Positions 1 through 8,683 of a DNA stretch of 64,000 bases are shown in pieces (within the stretch, counting starts at the first letter, position 1; every line of letters starts with the position of its first letter). The stretch is from a virus. Position numbers and translations under genes: made by a program. The notes beneath the pieces are model-generated. The model saw nothing but the letters and a program-made list of their open reading frames with translations, did no database searches and was not told the origin of the DNA. The stretch is taken from positions 1 through 64,000 of IMG/VR virus record IMGVR_UViG_3300020152_000021. One strand, 5' to 3'.

Positions 1-2
1 TC

Positions 3-2666
3 TTCGGTAAATTAACTCGTTTACGTTTATTAATGTATGGTTTTAATGATATCAATAAAGAATACTATTCAAAGATCTTTGATCTTGAAATGTTAATGAA
101 AGACTACGTCAGGTTTACTAACTACCGAGTCGAAATTACGAAGCTCGATGCGAAAGCTATCGAAAAGGTATTAGATTTATTCGGTGTATCAAGAGAAGAA
201 AAAGAGAAGTATAGTATTCTCAATAATTGGTTTATGAAACGCTTCATACCGGCTTATAAAGCGTTCTTACAAGCTTTGTATTCGGTAAATAGTAATATCT
301 ATCTGGATCAAATCGATAAGTTAAAACCGGTTGATTTAGTTAACTTTATCACTAAGTTTACCATTCCGAGTAATATCTATAACATCAATCAAATTCCTTC
401 TACTAGTAATCCAAACGTACTAGTTAAGAAAGAAGATGTGGATGCATTGTATACGAATATTTGTAATGAAATTAAAGAGAAAGCTCCTAAGGAAAAAACA
501 CCTGAAGAGAAAGCTAAAGAAACGAATCAAGCGCAAGCGAATAAACAGACTCAGGCTACTACGACAACGACTACAGCTAAGACAGAAAAAGCAGCACCCG
601 CTGCTCAGCCTGCTCCTAAGCCAGTTCCCGTTGCCCCGACTCCGAGTGCTAAAGACGATAAAGCTACTTCAGGTCCTGATGTGGAAGGTGAACCTAAGCC
701 TACGGTAAAACAAGAAATCAATAAGACTGCTGAAAAAGCTACTGATAAACTTAATAAAGCTTCAGGTGCATTAACACCGGGTGGAATGAGTTTAGAAGGT
801 ATTTCTACTAAACTAGATAAAACCAAGATCTATAATCTTGACCCTAACGTGAGAGAACTCTTTACGGGTATGGCGAAAGAATATCATGCTTTAACCGGGA
901 AAAATATTCCTGTTAATGAAGCATTTAGATCCTTCGAAGATCAAGCAGCATTATATAAGAAGATGCCAGGTAAGGCTGCTAAACCTGGTAACTCTACGCA
1001 TGAATATGGACTTGCTGTTGATATCAATAGCGATGTTTCTCAAGAATTAGATAAGATGGGTCTTCTTCGTAAATATGGTTTCACTACGAGTGTGGGTGGT
1101 GAGAAATGGCACTTAGAACCTATTGGTGTTTCTCTTAATCCTACTATGGCAAAGAAGGATGTAGACTTTAGAACAAAAGCTGTTTTATCTTCTCCTGGTA
1201 AAGGAGGTGGTGGTTATGGCTTCTTATCTAATAGTGTACTTAAAAAGAGAGACACTAATTATCAGTTATCGATTTATAACAGCAATTCTGATAATCCTAT
1301 CGACGTAGAAAAGGTTGCAGCAGAGACCGCGACTAAAGAAGGACAAAAGTCGCCAACTACGTCCGTCATTACAGAAGCTAACAAAGCGGCTGGCACATCA
1401 ACTCAAACTGCACAAACAACTAGTGTTGATAAAACGACTACGCCTACTTCTGAAGTAGTTAAAACTGCGAGTAGTGATAAAACTACTACAACGACTACTA
1501 CAGGTGGCGATGTCACTATTAGACGAAGAGAAGGTTCTTCTGTGGATGCGGAAGGTGAAACTAAACCTTCTATACCTAAGACGACTACTCCGATAGTTAA
1601 GAAAGAAGAAACGCCTTCTTTAGATACCAAAGGAACTACAGTTCCTAGTAATCAAAATCTCGATATCGCTAAATACGCAAACTTGTCTGTGGAGCAAGCC
1701 ATTAAGCAAGCTGCTAAAATGGTTGGTGTGAATGAACAGACCATGATGGATTTTGCGAAAATTGAATCAAGTTTGAATCCGAACGCTAAAGCTAAAACAA
1801 CTAGTGCTTCTGGTTTATTCCAAATTACGGATAAAACATGGGCTGAACTAGTTAAGAAACATGGCTCTAAATATGGTATACCTGCTGATGCAGATAAAAA
1901 TAATCCTTTCTATAATTCTGTTTTAGCGGCTGAATACGCTAAAGAAAATCTCCCTAGATTAAGAGGATGGAAAGAAGCAAAGATTGAAGAATCAACTGCT
2001 TTATACCTCGCTCATCATTTCGGTGTATTTGGCGCTAACTTGATCTTTGATAAGATCAATAAGAAGCCTGATACCCCTATGGAAGAAACAGTTAGCCCTG
2101 CTACATTTAAAGCTAACTTCAATGAGTTAAATAACCAAACCGCTGGTTCGTATGTGCAAGCGGTTGAAAATAAATTTGCTAAGCTTAGCGGTAAAACCTT
2201 TAAACCGAAAGAATATGCAGCTAAGTCTGTTGATTCAGCAAGTACTCCTTCTGAAAGCACAGGCGGCATGATGCAAGCCAATATGACTACATCGGCTCCA
2301 TCTGCTACTAATGCCGTTCAAACTCCTAAAGTGGATACTTCAACAAAGCCAGCTATAGCACAAGCTAAACCTAGCATTTCTTCTTCTAGTTACAGTAGTT
2401 CTGTTTCTAATACTGCTGCTAGAGAAATACCTGTGCAAAACTCTATGAAAGATATGTTTAGTACCAGTAAGATGGAAAGCATTTTAGCGGACCAACTTAC
2501 GGAGCTAAGCAATATCGCTGGTCTCTTAAAATCTATCGATGGTAAGTTTGATTTGGATAAGTTAAAAGGATTGGCAGGCGGTAATACTACCCAATCACCG
2601 GCTCCTTTAAATAAAAACATTCCCTCGAACAGTATTGATTTATCACGTAAAAAGATTACAACGTAA
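3..2666 (+). CDS. Tail-associated peptidoglycan hydrolase (phiKZ gp181-like), C-terminal part: M15-type peptidase + SLT lytic transglycosylase; 5'-truncated by window edge
   Basis: Frame is open from nt 3 (no stop upstream of ATG 33). M15 motifs AFRS..Q..LY, PGNSTHEYGLAVDI, EKWH. SLT motifs KIESSLNPNA, ASGLFQI...TW, YLAHHFG. T/A/K/P-rich linkers between domains. Confidence 0.85.
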   Translation, partial: FGKLTRLRLLMYGFNDINKEYYSKIFDLEMLMKDYVRFTNYRVEITKLDAKAIEKVLDLFGVSREEKEKYSILNNWFMKRFIPAYKAFLQALYSVNSNIYLDQIDKLKPVDLVNFITKFTIPSNIYNINQIPSTSNPNVLVKKEDVDALYTNICNEIKEKAPKEKTPEEKAKETNQAQANKQTQATTTTTTAKTEKAAPAAQPAPKPVPVAPTPSAKDDKATSGPDVEGEPKPTVKQEINKTAEKATDKLNKASGALTPGGMSLEGISTKLDKTKIYNLDPNVRELFTGMAKEYHALTGKNIPVNEAFRSFEDQAALYKKMPGKAAKPGNSTHEYGLAVDINSDVSQELDKMGLLRKYGFTTSVGGEKWHLEPIGVSLNPTMAKKDVDFRTKAVLSSPGKGGGGYGFLSNSVLKKRDTNYQLSIYNSNSDNPIDVEKVAAETATKEGQKSPTTSVITEANKAAGTSTQTAQTTSVDKTTTPTSEVVKTASSDKTTTTTTTGGDVTIRRREGSSVDAEGETKPSIPKTTTPIVKKEETPSLDTKGTTVPSNQNLDIAKYANLSVEQAIKQAAKMVGVNEQTMMDFAKIESSLNPNAKAKTTSASGLFQITDKTWAELVKKHGSKYGIPADADKNNPFYNSVLAAEYAKENLPRLRGWKEAKIEESTALYLAHHFGVFGANLIFDKINKKPDTPMEETVSPATFKANFNELNNQTAGSYVQAVENKFAKLSGKTFKPKEYAAKSVDSASTPSESTGGMMQANMTTSAPSATNAVQTPKVDTSTKPAIAQAKPSISSSSYSSSVSNTAAREIPVQNSMKDMFSTSKMESILADQLTELSNIAGLLKSIDGKFDLDKLKGLAGGNTTQSPAPLNKNIPSNSIDLSRKKITT

Positions 2667-2672
2667 ATAGAA

Positions 2673-2702
2673 CCTCTCCTACAGGACAACCTGTAGGAGA
2701 GG
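2673..2702. terminator. Bidirectional intrinsic terminator
   Basis: Perfect 13-bp stem CCTCTCCTACAGG-acaa-CCTGTAGGAGAGG between convergent stops at 2666 and 2708. Confidence 0.85.
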
Positions 2703-2707
2703 ATTTC

Positions 2708-3928
2708 TTATTCGATAAGAGCGATTAACATTACATATACATAAATTGCATTCCGCAAATTCTTAATAGTTCTTTCAGAGATAGATTTCTTATTGTACTT
2801 ATAGATTTCCTTGATTAACTTATCACCTTCGGCTTTTAACTTAGTGATGTTAATCTCATTACCGCGAGCGTACAGAACGTTACCAACTAAACTGTTAATA
2901 ACTTCAAGAACGTTAGATTTATTCGACAGATAGATATTATTACGATGTAAGTACTCAATGCTGTTTACTAGAACATCGTTAATAAACTTTTTAAATTTAA
3001 GATGATTATCTCGACCAGTATAGCTAAACTCTAAAGACAAATCGAGAGTCTCTTCAAGTTGTTTATAAGAAACACTGTTAATGATATCGATGGTAACATC
3101 CAGATAATCTTTACGGATAAAAGTCTTCTTATCCGTTAACATCCCTTCTAGTTTGGTAAAATAACTCTCAGGAGTATTAAGCTTATCCAGAATAACTTCT
3201 TGACCTTCTACGTCATTAACCACGTTACTCTTACTCTTGATAACTTCATCCTTTTCCATCATGTCGATAAACTCGGCATAGATGTTCTTTAACGTATCCT
3301 TAGTTCTGTTAAACAAATCTGTGATCGCATTAGGAAGCTCGGAATCTTTATCAAACTTTACGAGAATATCTAAGAACTTACTGTTTAAATATTCTTCGCT
3401 ACGGTAAGAACAATATTCATTCCAGTTCTTTAATCTCTTAATCACATAACGATTACTCAACCTTTCCGAAAGGCTAACAGCCTTCTCTTCAGAGATCGGA
3501 TAGATAAAGTAGTTACTAGAGATAAGAACCAAGGTTCTATAGTTAAAGTAGTTTAATACTTCTTTAGCATATTCAAGTCTCTTATCTTGAGAGAGTGTTT
3601 GATTCGTTAAGAAACGATGAGCCATATAGAACGTGATTAAGTTAATATCATCACGCGCTATCTTAAAACTTTTACTAATAGTTGTTATCTTATCGATGGC
3701 ATTTACAACTTCATCGCATTCAAAGCCGAAGATATTGTTGTAGAAAATATTCTTATCGTAAGTTGTGTACTTGATATAATAGCACCCTATGAGTTTGCTT
3801 CCAAAGAGGTGCTTATGATCTTCGTTTTTAGTGATGAACTCAATGTTATTAAACACTAACTTCTTATACAAAGCTGTATCGAAGTTAAAGTCTTTAAAGA
3901 ATTCATCTAGAACTTGTTTGACTTTCAT
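2708..3928 (-). CDS. Jumbo-phage protein of unknown function (406 aa, helical)
   Basis: Long ORF; start overlaps the stop of the upstream minus-strand ORF (ATGA coupling). Confidence 0.7.
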   Translation of the reverse strand: MKVKQVLDEFFKDFNFDTALYKKLVFNNIEFITKNEDHKHLFGSKLIGCYYIKYTTYDKNIFYNNIFGFECDEVVNAIDKITTISKSFKIARDDINLITFYMAHRFLTNQTLSQDKRLEYAKEVLNYFNYRTLVLISSNYFIYPISEEKAVSLSERLSNRYVIKRLKNWNEYCSYRSEEYLNSKFLDILVKFDKDSELPNAITDLFNRTKDTLKNIYAEFIDMMEKDEVIKSKSNVVNDVEGQEVILDKLNTPESYFTKLEGMLTDKKTFIRKDYLDVTIDIINSVSYKQLEETLDLSLEFSYTGRDNHLKFKKFINDVLVNSIEYLHRNNIYLSNKSNVLEVINSLVGNVLYARGNEINITKLKAEGDKLIKEIYKYNKKSISERTIKNLRNAIYVYVMLIALIE

Positions 3929-4344
3929 GACAAATTAAGCTTCTTCTGAATAAACCTGATGAAACTCTCTAAGGTATAAAAGACATTCTCAGTCTTATTA
4001 CCGATGTTCGTTAAGAACCATTCTTCTTCTGGTGTTTTAAAGCCATTGTTGTGAATAAAGACCGCATCGTCTTTTTGAATACTATTAAAAGTCTCTAACG
4101 GAGCACTGTTAATATCTTCAGTAGAAATAGCTTTAACATCAGAACTGTTCGCATCGTCTTGTTGTTGAATCTCTACTTGATTACTAAGCGTTTTATGGAG
4201 TGCCTTAGCAACAATTTCAGAGATAGAACCAACCACAGTAACGGTTAAGTGTTCTGGTTGTTCTTCTTGTTGTTGAGCTTGTTGCTCATTATTACTTTCT
4301 GTATCTTTTTTCTCTTCGTATTTCTTAAGAATAAAGGTAGCCAT
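3925..4344 (-). CDS. Hypothetical protein
   Basis: ORF with GAGGTG SD before ATG 4344; translationally coupled to 2708-3928. Confidence 0.7.
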   Translation of the reverse strand: MATFILKKYEEKKDTESNNEQQAQQQEEQPEHLTVTVVGSISEIVAKALHKTLSNQVEIQQQDDANSSDVKAISTEDINSAPLETFNSIQKDDAVFIHNNGFKTPEEEWFLTNIGNKTENVFYTLESFIRFIQKKLNLS

Positions 4345-4405
4345 GTTCACCTCTAATGGTTAAATTCAAAAGATCCTTTATCTGATTTTGAAATATAGTT
4401 GGTAG

Positions 4406-4416
4406 CATATATATTA
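4406..4416 (+). promoter_or_regulatory. Class-1 promoter-like motif CATATATATTA
   Basis: One of ~10 intergenic copies, all upstream of + strand non-structural genes; variant CTTATATATTA at 4457-4467. Confidence 0.6.
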
Positions 4417-4509
4417 ATTGGGCTGTTACCCGATATTGATTATTTAAAAAAATAATCTTATATATTAGGTGACAGATAGTAAAAAATCTATTAAGAAGGA
4501 GTACTAGTA

Positions 4510-5424
4510 ATGCTGAACGTTTATTGCTGCGGTGGAGCCGGTAGCAACGTTGGTAAACAAATTACTGATTTGGATATTAATGTATCTTTCATCGATACCT
4601 CTGATTCGAACCATAAAGGTGTTGATCCGGAAAAGATCTATCAAATTGAGGGCATTGATGGTGCTGGTAAAGACCGCAATGTTACCTATGAAAACTTTAA
4701 GAATCCTGATGAAGTCTTGATTCGCTTCAAGCCTTCTCCCCAATTGAATGTGGTTATCTCTTCGCTGTCGGGTGGTAGCGGTAGTATCATCGCGCCGGTG
4801 TTGACACGAGAACTGATCAAGCAAGGTCATAACACGATCGTCATTGCGGTCGATAGTACTCATTCTGTTAAAGAAATTGATAACTCGATTAAGACTTTGA
4901 AGACGTACAAGTCTTTCTCGAATACTGTTAAGAAAGCGATCTCCATTTTCTATATCGAGAACAAATCTCGTAAAGAAGCAGATCAGCGCGCTATTCAATT
5001 CATCAATATGCTCTCGCTGTTGGTGAACAAAGAACATACTGAAGAATTCGATACGTCGGATCTTCGTAATTTTATCAACTTTGATAATGTTACGGAAAAC
5101 GAACCGAGTGTATCGATTATCGAAATTAATCCTAACGAGACTGTGGTTCCGGAAAAGAACACTACCATCGTTAGCACTATTCTGCTCACCACTGATAAGA
5201 ATAGCACTATTAGTCAGGTCATCCCTGAATACTTATCGACTTGTATTGTCACTGACAAAAATTACAAGAACGAAGATATCCGTATTGATAACACGCTGGG
5301 CAAGTTGACGATTATTGTTAACAATCTTGAAGCCTTGAAAAAGGACCATCAAGATAACAAGACGATCAACAAGTTCAAAGAACTAGATGTGCAAGCATCT
5401 ACTGAAGACGGCGTCGTACTATAG
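4510..5424 (+). CDS. phuZ: Phage tubulin PhuZ (tubulin/FtsZ-family GTPase)
   Basis: CCGGAGSNVG N-terminal loop, DGAGKDR, signature SLSGGSGS, FDTSDL T7 loop, acidic C-tail ...TEDGVVL typical of PhuZ; AAGGAG SD. Confidence 0.93.
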   Translation: MLNVYCCGGAGSNVGKQITDLDINVSFIDTSDSNHKGVDPEKIYQIEGIDGAGKDRNVTYENFKNPDEVLIRFKPSPQLNVVISSLSGGSGSIIAPVLTRELIKQGHNTIVIAVDSTHSVKEIDNSIKTLKTYKSFSNTVKKAISIFYIENKSRKEADQRAIQFINMLSLLVNKEHTEEFDTSDLRNFINFDNVTENEPSVSIIEINPNETVVPEKNTTIVSTILLTTDKNSTISQVIPEYLSTCIVTDKNYKNEDIRIDNTLGKLTIIVNNLEALKKDHQDNKTINKFKELDVQASTEDGVVL

Positions 5425-5435
5425 TAAAGTAGATT

Positions 5436-5470
5436 AGACATAGAAGGCACGGACCTTCTATGTCTTTTCT
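5436..5470 (+). terminator. Intrinsic terminator after phuZ
   Basis: 12-bp stem AGACATAGAAGG/CCTTCTATGTCT followed by T-rich tract. Confidence 0.8.
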
Positions 5471-5486
5471 GTGTTTTGGGGTTTCT

Positions 5487-5873
5487 ATGTATAAATGGAA
5501 TAGACGCGGTCCAGGTCACGAAGTTTCTAGTGTAGGAGACAAACGCTTCTCAGCTATGTTTGCTAAATTAGAAGACGGTAGAACCATAGAGATGCACTAT
5601 CAATGTGATATAAAGGGTTATGATCCTGGAGGAAAGGAGTGGCGACTTGGTAAAGGGAAACCGCCTTTACGAAAAGATGTAGATTTATGGAAAGAGTATC
5701 TTGACTTATGGAGGCAATGGGCAGAAAGAAATCCAAATTTAATAGAAGAATTAAAAGTACTAGCGGGTTTAAAAAACTGTACTCTAACTGATTGTTTTGC
5801 TAAAACGCCAATCAATCAAGCAAGGGCGCTAGCTGTTATTTTGAATGAAAGGTATATTCAAAATGCAGGTTAA
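5487..5873 (+). CDS. NADAR-like (ADP-ribosylhydrolase-fold) protein, paralogue 1
   Basis: Motifs EVSS, RFSA, IExHYQxxxKG, LTDxF, NQARA resemble NADAR / DarT1-associated NADAR families (recalled). Start moved to ATG 5487 because 5460 lies inside the terminator. Confidence 0.55.
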   Translation: MYKWNRRGPGHEVSSVGDKRFSAMFAKLEDGRTIEMHYQCDIKGYDPGGKEWRLGKGKPPLRKDVDLWKEYLDLWRQWAERNPNLIEELKVLAGLKNCTLTDCFAKTPINQARALAVILNERYIQNAG

Positions 5874-6114
5874 CCATCTTGTTCAATTGCATCTCGTAGA
5901 TAGGTGCAACGTGATAAAAACAATTAAGGGTAGTTCAAACGCATTCTAGAGGAAGGGTAGTTTATTAACACACACTCGCTCGTAACTCGTGGTAAAAGAA
6001 AAGACAAATGTAGTTATAATAAATAGATCTTTAATAATAATAAATACAATAAACTAAACTTCTCTGGGATGTTTTCTTCTAGACCATATGAACTCTATCA
6101 ATAGGAGCTAAATT

Positions 6115-6573
6115 ATGTTTAAGTGGGGAAAATATTCTCGCGGATATGAAGTATCACTGAAAGGTGATACCAGGTTTTGTGACCAGTATGCTGTTTTACC
6201 GGGTGGTAGGACGATTTTAGAAGTTTTTAACTGTGACGTAAAAGGGTATTGCCCAGGAGGTACTAATTGGAAATTAGGTCATAACAAGCCGCCTTTAGAT
6301 CGCACCAAGGATCTTTGGGAAGAGTATTTAAATCTCTGGCGTGAGTGGGCTGATTGTAATCCGCATCTTATCCAAGAACTTAAGGTTCTCGGTATGTATC
6401 ACGATTATACTCTCACTGATAGAGATGCTGCTACCAATATCAATGCCGCTCGTGCATTGATTACTATTCTGAATGAACGATATGCTGAAGAAGGAATTTC
6501 TTCGGTCTATTCTTCTGGAATGGGGATGACTAATAGCATAGCACAGAGACACAGTACTCTTATTGCTCACTAG
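6115..6573 (+). CDS. NADAR-like protein, paralogue 2 (diverged motifs)
   Basis: Aligns end to end with 5487-5873 (GRTI.E...CD.KGY.PGG..W.LG..KPPL...DLW.EYL.LWR.WA..NP.LI.ELKVL); AGGAG SD. Confidence 0.6.
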   Translation: MFKWGKYSRGYEVSLKGDTRFCDQYAVLPGGRTILEVFNCDVKGYCPGGTNWKLGHNKPPLDRTKDLWEEYLNLWREWADCNPHLIQELKVLGMYHDYTLTDRDAATNINAARALITILNERYAEEGISSVYSSGMGMTNSIAQRHSTLIAH

Positions 6574-6600
6574 CAGTAAAGTGTAGCAACTAACTAAAGA

Positions 6601-6708
6601 ACAAAGCGGACGCAAGTCTCGCTATTAGTAATATATTAAAGACGAAGCTGATGAAACATCTAGCCAGTAATAATATTAATAAAAACGAAGCTAGCGAAAG
6701 CTTAGCCA
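6601..6708 (+). repeat. Three tandem small bulged hairpins separated by AT-rich spacers
   Basis: ACAA-AGCG-GAC-GCAA-GTC-T-CGCT; ACGA-AGCT-GATG-AAA-CATC-T-AGCC; ACGA-AGCT-AGC-GAAA-GCT-T-AGCC; both spacers contain AGTAATA...TATTAA. Confidence 0.6.
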
Positions 6709-6737
6709 TTATTAACCCAACTAGTTATAAGGAAAAG

Positions 6738-6771
6738 ATCTACTCGGCTACCAAGAGGTAGCCGAGTAGAT
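6738..6771. terminator. Bidirectional terminator
   Basis: Perfect 15-bp stem ATCTACTCGGCTACC-aaga-GGTAGCCGAGTAGAT between convergent genes. Confidence 0.85.
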
Positions 6772-6824
6772 ATGCCCTCTTTTTCTACGCAGTACTTTTT
6801 TTGCTTTCATAGCCTTAAATCCAT

Positions 6825-7919
6825 TTACATGTTTTTAATTCTATAAAGCTTCTCTGTTAATTCCTTTTCTGTTTGGTAAGAGAAGGTATCAGCAAAGACA
6901 TTGTCTCGTAAAGCACGAGTAGCTAAGCGCTTCCAGTCATTCAGATAATGCCGGTTCAGATCTTTATTCTTAGCCACGTCATATAAGAATAACATATAAT
7001 TTAATCGACTCGCCAGAACAGCCCAGCGAACTTGACGTGTTACACCAAGATCATCTAAAGCCAATAACTCGCTGGCATCGATTCTAAAGATCAATTGGAT
7101 GTTATGTAAGATGTTAACGAAGTCTAAACGTTTATTGGTGATGACGTCTAGCGTGTGATCTACATACCGATTGATTTGCGTATGCGGTTCAAAGATCTTA
7201 AAACGGTGTTTGAATTTAGGCGTTACTTCTTCTTGCCCGTAAAACCGATCCATAACCTTATTGAGAAACACATGATCGATTTCATCTTCCATCATCGTGC
7301 TAAGAACATACTTAATGACAAAGTGATTCTTATTTAACACGATGGATTCTTCATCCGGCTTAATGGCCTGATCTTTAATGAACTCGCGATATTTAATCGA
7401 TAGCTTTGGAATGTTGATAAGAATAACATCTAAACCAGAACGACTGCCGTCATCATTACCAATTGGTACTAACAACTTGGTGTCGTTTCTATTATGTTTG
7501 AGAATGTTAATTGCTCTAGCGCGTTTCCAATCCCGTTCTACATCTTGAACGTTAAAGTTTTCATAACTCGAAATAATTATCTCTTCTCCTTCATTACCGA
7601 AGAAATGAGAAGGATGAACAATGCCTTTTTCTATGTCGCTTGTAAATTTAAAATGTTTAGCCAAATATTTGGTCTTATCGTTCGCAAAATCTAAATACCG
7701 GTAACTATCATAACTTAAGTAAGTCGGAAAGTGTTCTAGTATTCTCGACAATATATGGGTATTCTTGACAGCAAAATTTCTATCTTGGTAATAATTCTCA
7801 ATACTGTCTTTGTTAAAAACATACAGTCTTCTTAGATAGTTAATATCGCTGGGTGATATAACTCCGCTTACCGGAGCTTTGTTAATATACTCTCGGTTAA
7901 AAATGTCTAGATATAGCAT
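6825..7919 (-). CDS. Jumbo-phage protein, probably late/structural (364 aa)
   Basis: Long ORF, AAGGT SD, class-2 motif ATCCTGTGA 19 nt upstream. Confidence 0.7.
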   Translation of the reverse strand: MLYLDIFNREYINKAPVSGVISPSDINYLRRLYVFNKDSIENYYQDRNFAVKNTHILSRILEHFPTYLSYDSYRYLDFANDKTKYLAKHFKFTSDIEKGIVHPSHFFGNEGEEIIISSYENFNVQDVERDWKRARAINILKHNRNDTKLLVPIGNDDGSRSGLDVILINIPKLSIKYREFIKDQAIKPDEESIVLNKNHFVIKYVLSTMMEDEIDHVFLNKVMDRFYGQEEVTPKFKHRFKIFEPHTQINRYVDHTLDVITNKRLDFVNILHNIQLIFRIDASELLALDDLGVTRQVRWAVLASRLNYMLFLYDVAKNKDLNRHYLNDWKRLATRALRDNVFADTFSYQTEKELTEKLYRIKNM

Positions 7920-7937
7920 TGGCTTACCTTTAAGAAT

Positions 7938-7946
7938 TCACAGGAT
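7938..7946 (-). promoter_or_regulatory. Class-2 (late-type) promoter-like motif ATCCTGTGA
   Basis: Same 9-mer (ATYCTGTGA) recurs upstream of five other minus-strand genes. Confidence 0.55.
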
Positions 7947-7998
7947 TGCAGGGATAATAATTTAGTTTATATAACTGCATCTGAATAGATTATAATAG

Positions 7999-8009
7999 CA
8001 TATATATTA
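7999..8009 (+). promoter_or_regulatory. Class-1 promoter-like motif CATATATATTA
   Basis: Exact motif, intergenic, upstream of 8075 ORF and chmA. Confidence 0.6.
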
Positions 8010-8074
8010 GTTGTAGTTTCCTGGTAAATCGAAACTAAAGGAGTTAACTTGTGTACACTGATAGGGGATAAAAA

Positions 8075-8572
8075 GTGACGACTGTTTCTTATATTGGAGT
8101 CCAAAACCATACACAAAAGCTTATTCAAAAATTTCTAGCAGGGGAGGAATTTACACTAGAGCTTTCTGAACAAGTATTTCAGACATTTAGTAAAGTGGAT
8201 CAGACTAGTTATTTAACTATGCTGGAACACGTTAAAAATCTTCTCAACAATCTTAAGAAGGATCGAATCTACGATTTCATTATCCTTAACAGTGCTTATG
8301 AGCTGTTGGATAAAGAGAAAGCAGTTTTGGTGCGTTACATTAACATTAGTTATAAGGGGAATAAGAATATCATTATTCTGAACAATAACGTTTTACATAT
8401 CGGTTCCTATTACGAGAAGTATGGGGAACTTGAAGTGAAAAAATATATCGATAAAGTTATTAATGAATTGCGTATTAAGAACAGCTTTAAGCAGTTCAAA
8501 CAGAAAGCACAAAACTGGAAAAGAAAAATATTCTTTCCTTTCAACTTTCTGAGTTTCAAAGCTAGTCATTAA
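8075..8572 (+). CDS. Hypothetical protein upstream of chimallin
   Basis: 165-aa ORF, GTG start with AGGGG SD. Confidence 0.65.
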   Translation: MTTVSYIGVQNHTQKLIQKFLAGEEFTLELSEQVFQTFSKVDQTSYLTMLEHVKNLLNNLKKDRIYDFIILNSAYELLDKEKAVLVRYINISYKGNKNIIILNNNVLHIGSYYEKYGELEVKKYIDKVINELRIKNSFKQFKQKAQNWKRKIFFPFNFLSFKASH

Positions 8573-8603
8573 AAAAATACTAGCTCGTATATATAGTGAA
8601 GAC

Positions 8604-8646
8604 AATCACAGTTGACAAACTGTGGTTAGCTTAGCATCAACTAAGT
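8604..8646 (+). promoter_or_regulatory. Two hairpins in the chmA 5' leader
   Basis: AATCACAGTT-gaca-AACTGTGGTT and GCTTAG-catcaa-CTAAGT, just downstream of promoter-like CGTATATATAG (8586-8596). Confidence 0.5.
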
Positions 8647-8683
8647 GTTTCTTAAATTCAATTTACAACTAAGGAGTTAAAAC

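Noticed and set aside
4504-5037. 177-aa antisense ORF over phuZ
   Set aside because: Fully overlaps a motif-supported gene; shadow ORF.
5863-5949. 28-aa ORF overlapping the NADAR-like 1 stop
   Set aside because: Weak SD, short, no recognisable features; cannot be supported.
6601-6708. Mini-CRISPR array or tRNA
   Set aside because: Units are not identical direct repeats, spacers are short and similar to each other, and there is no cloverleaf or TTCGA arm.
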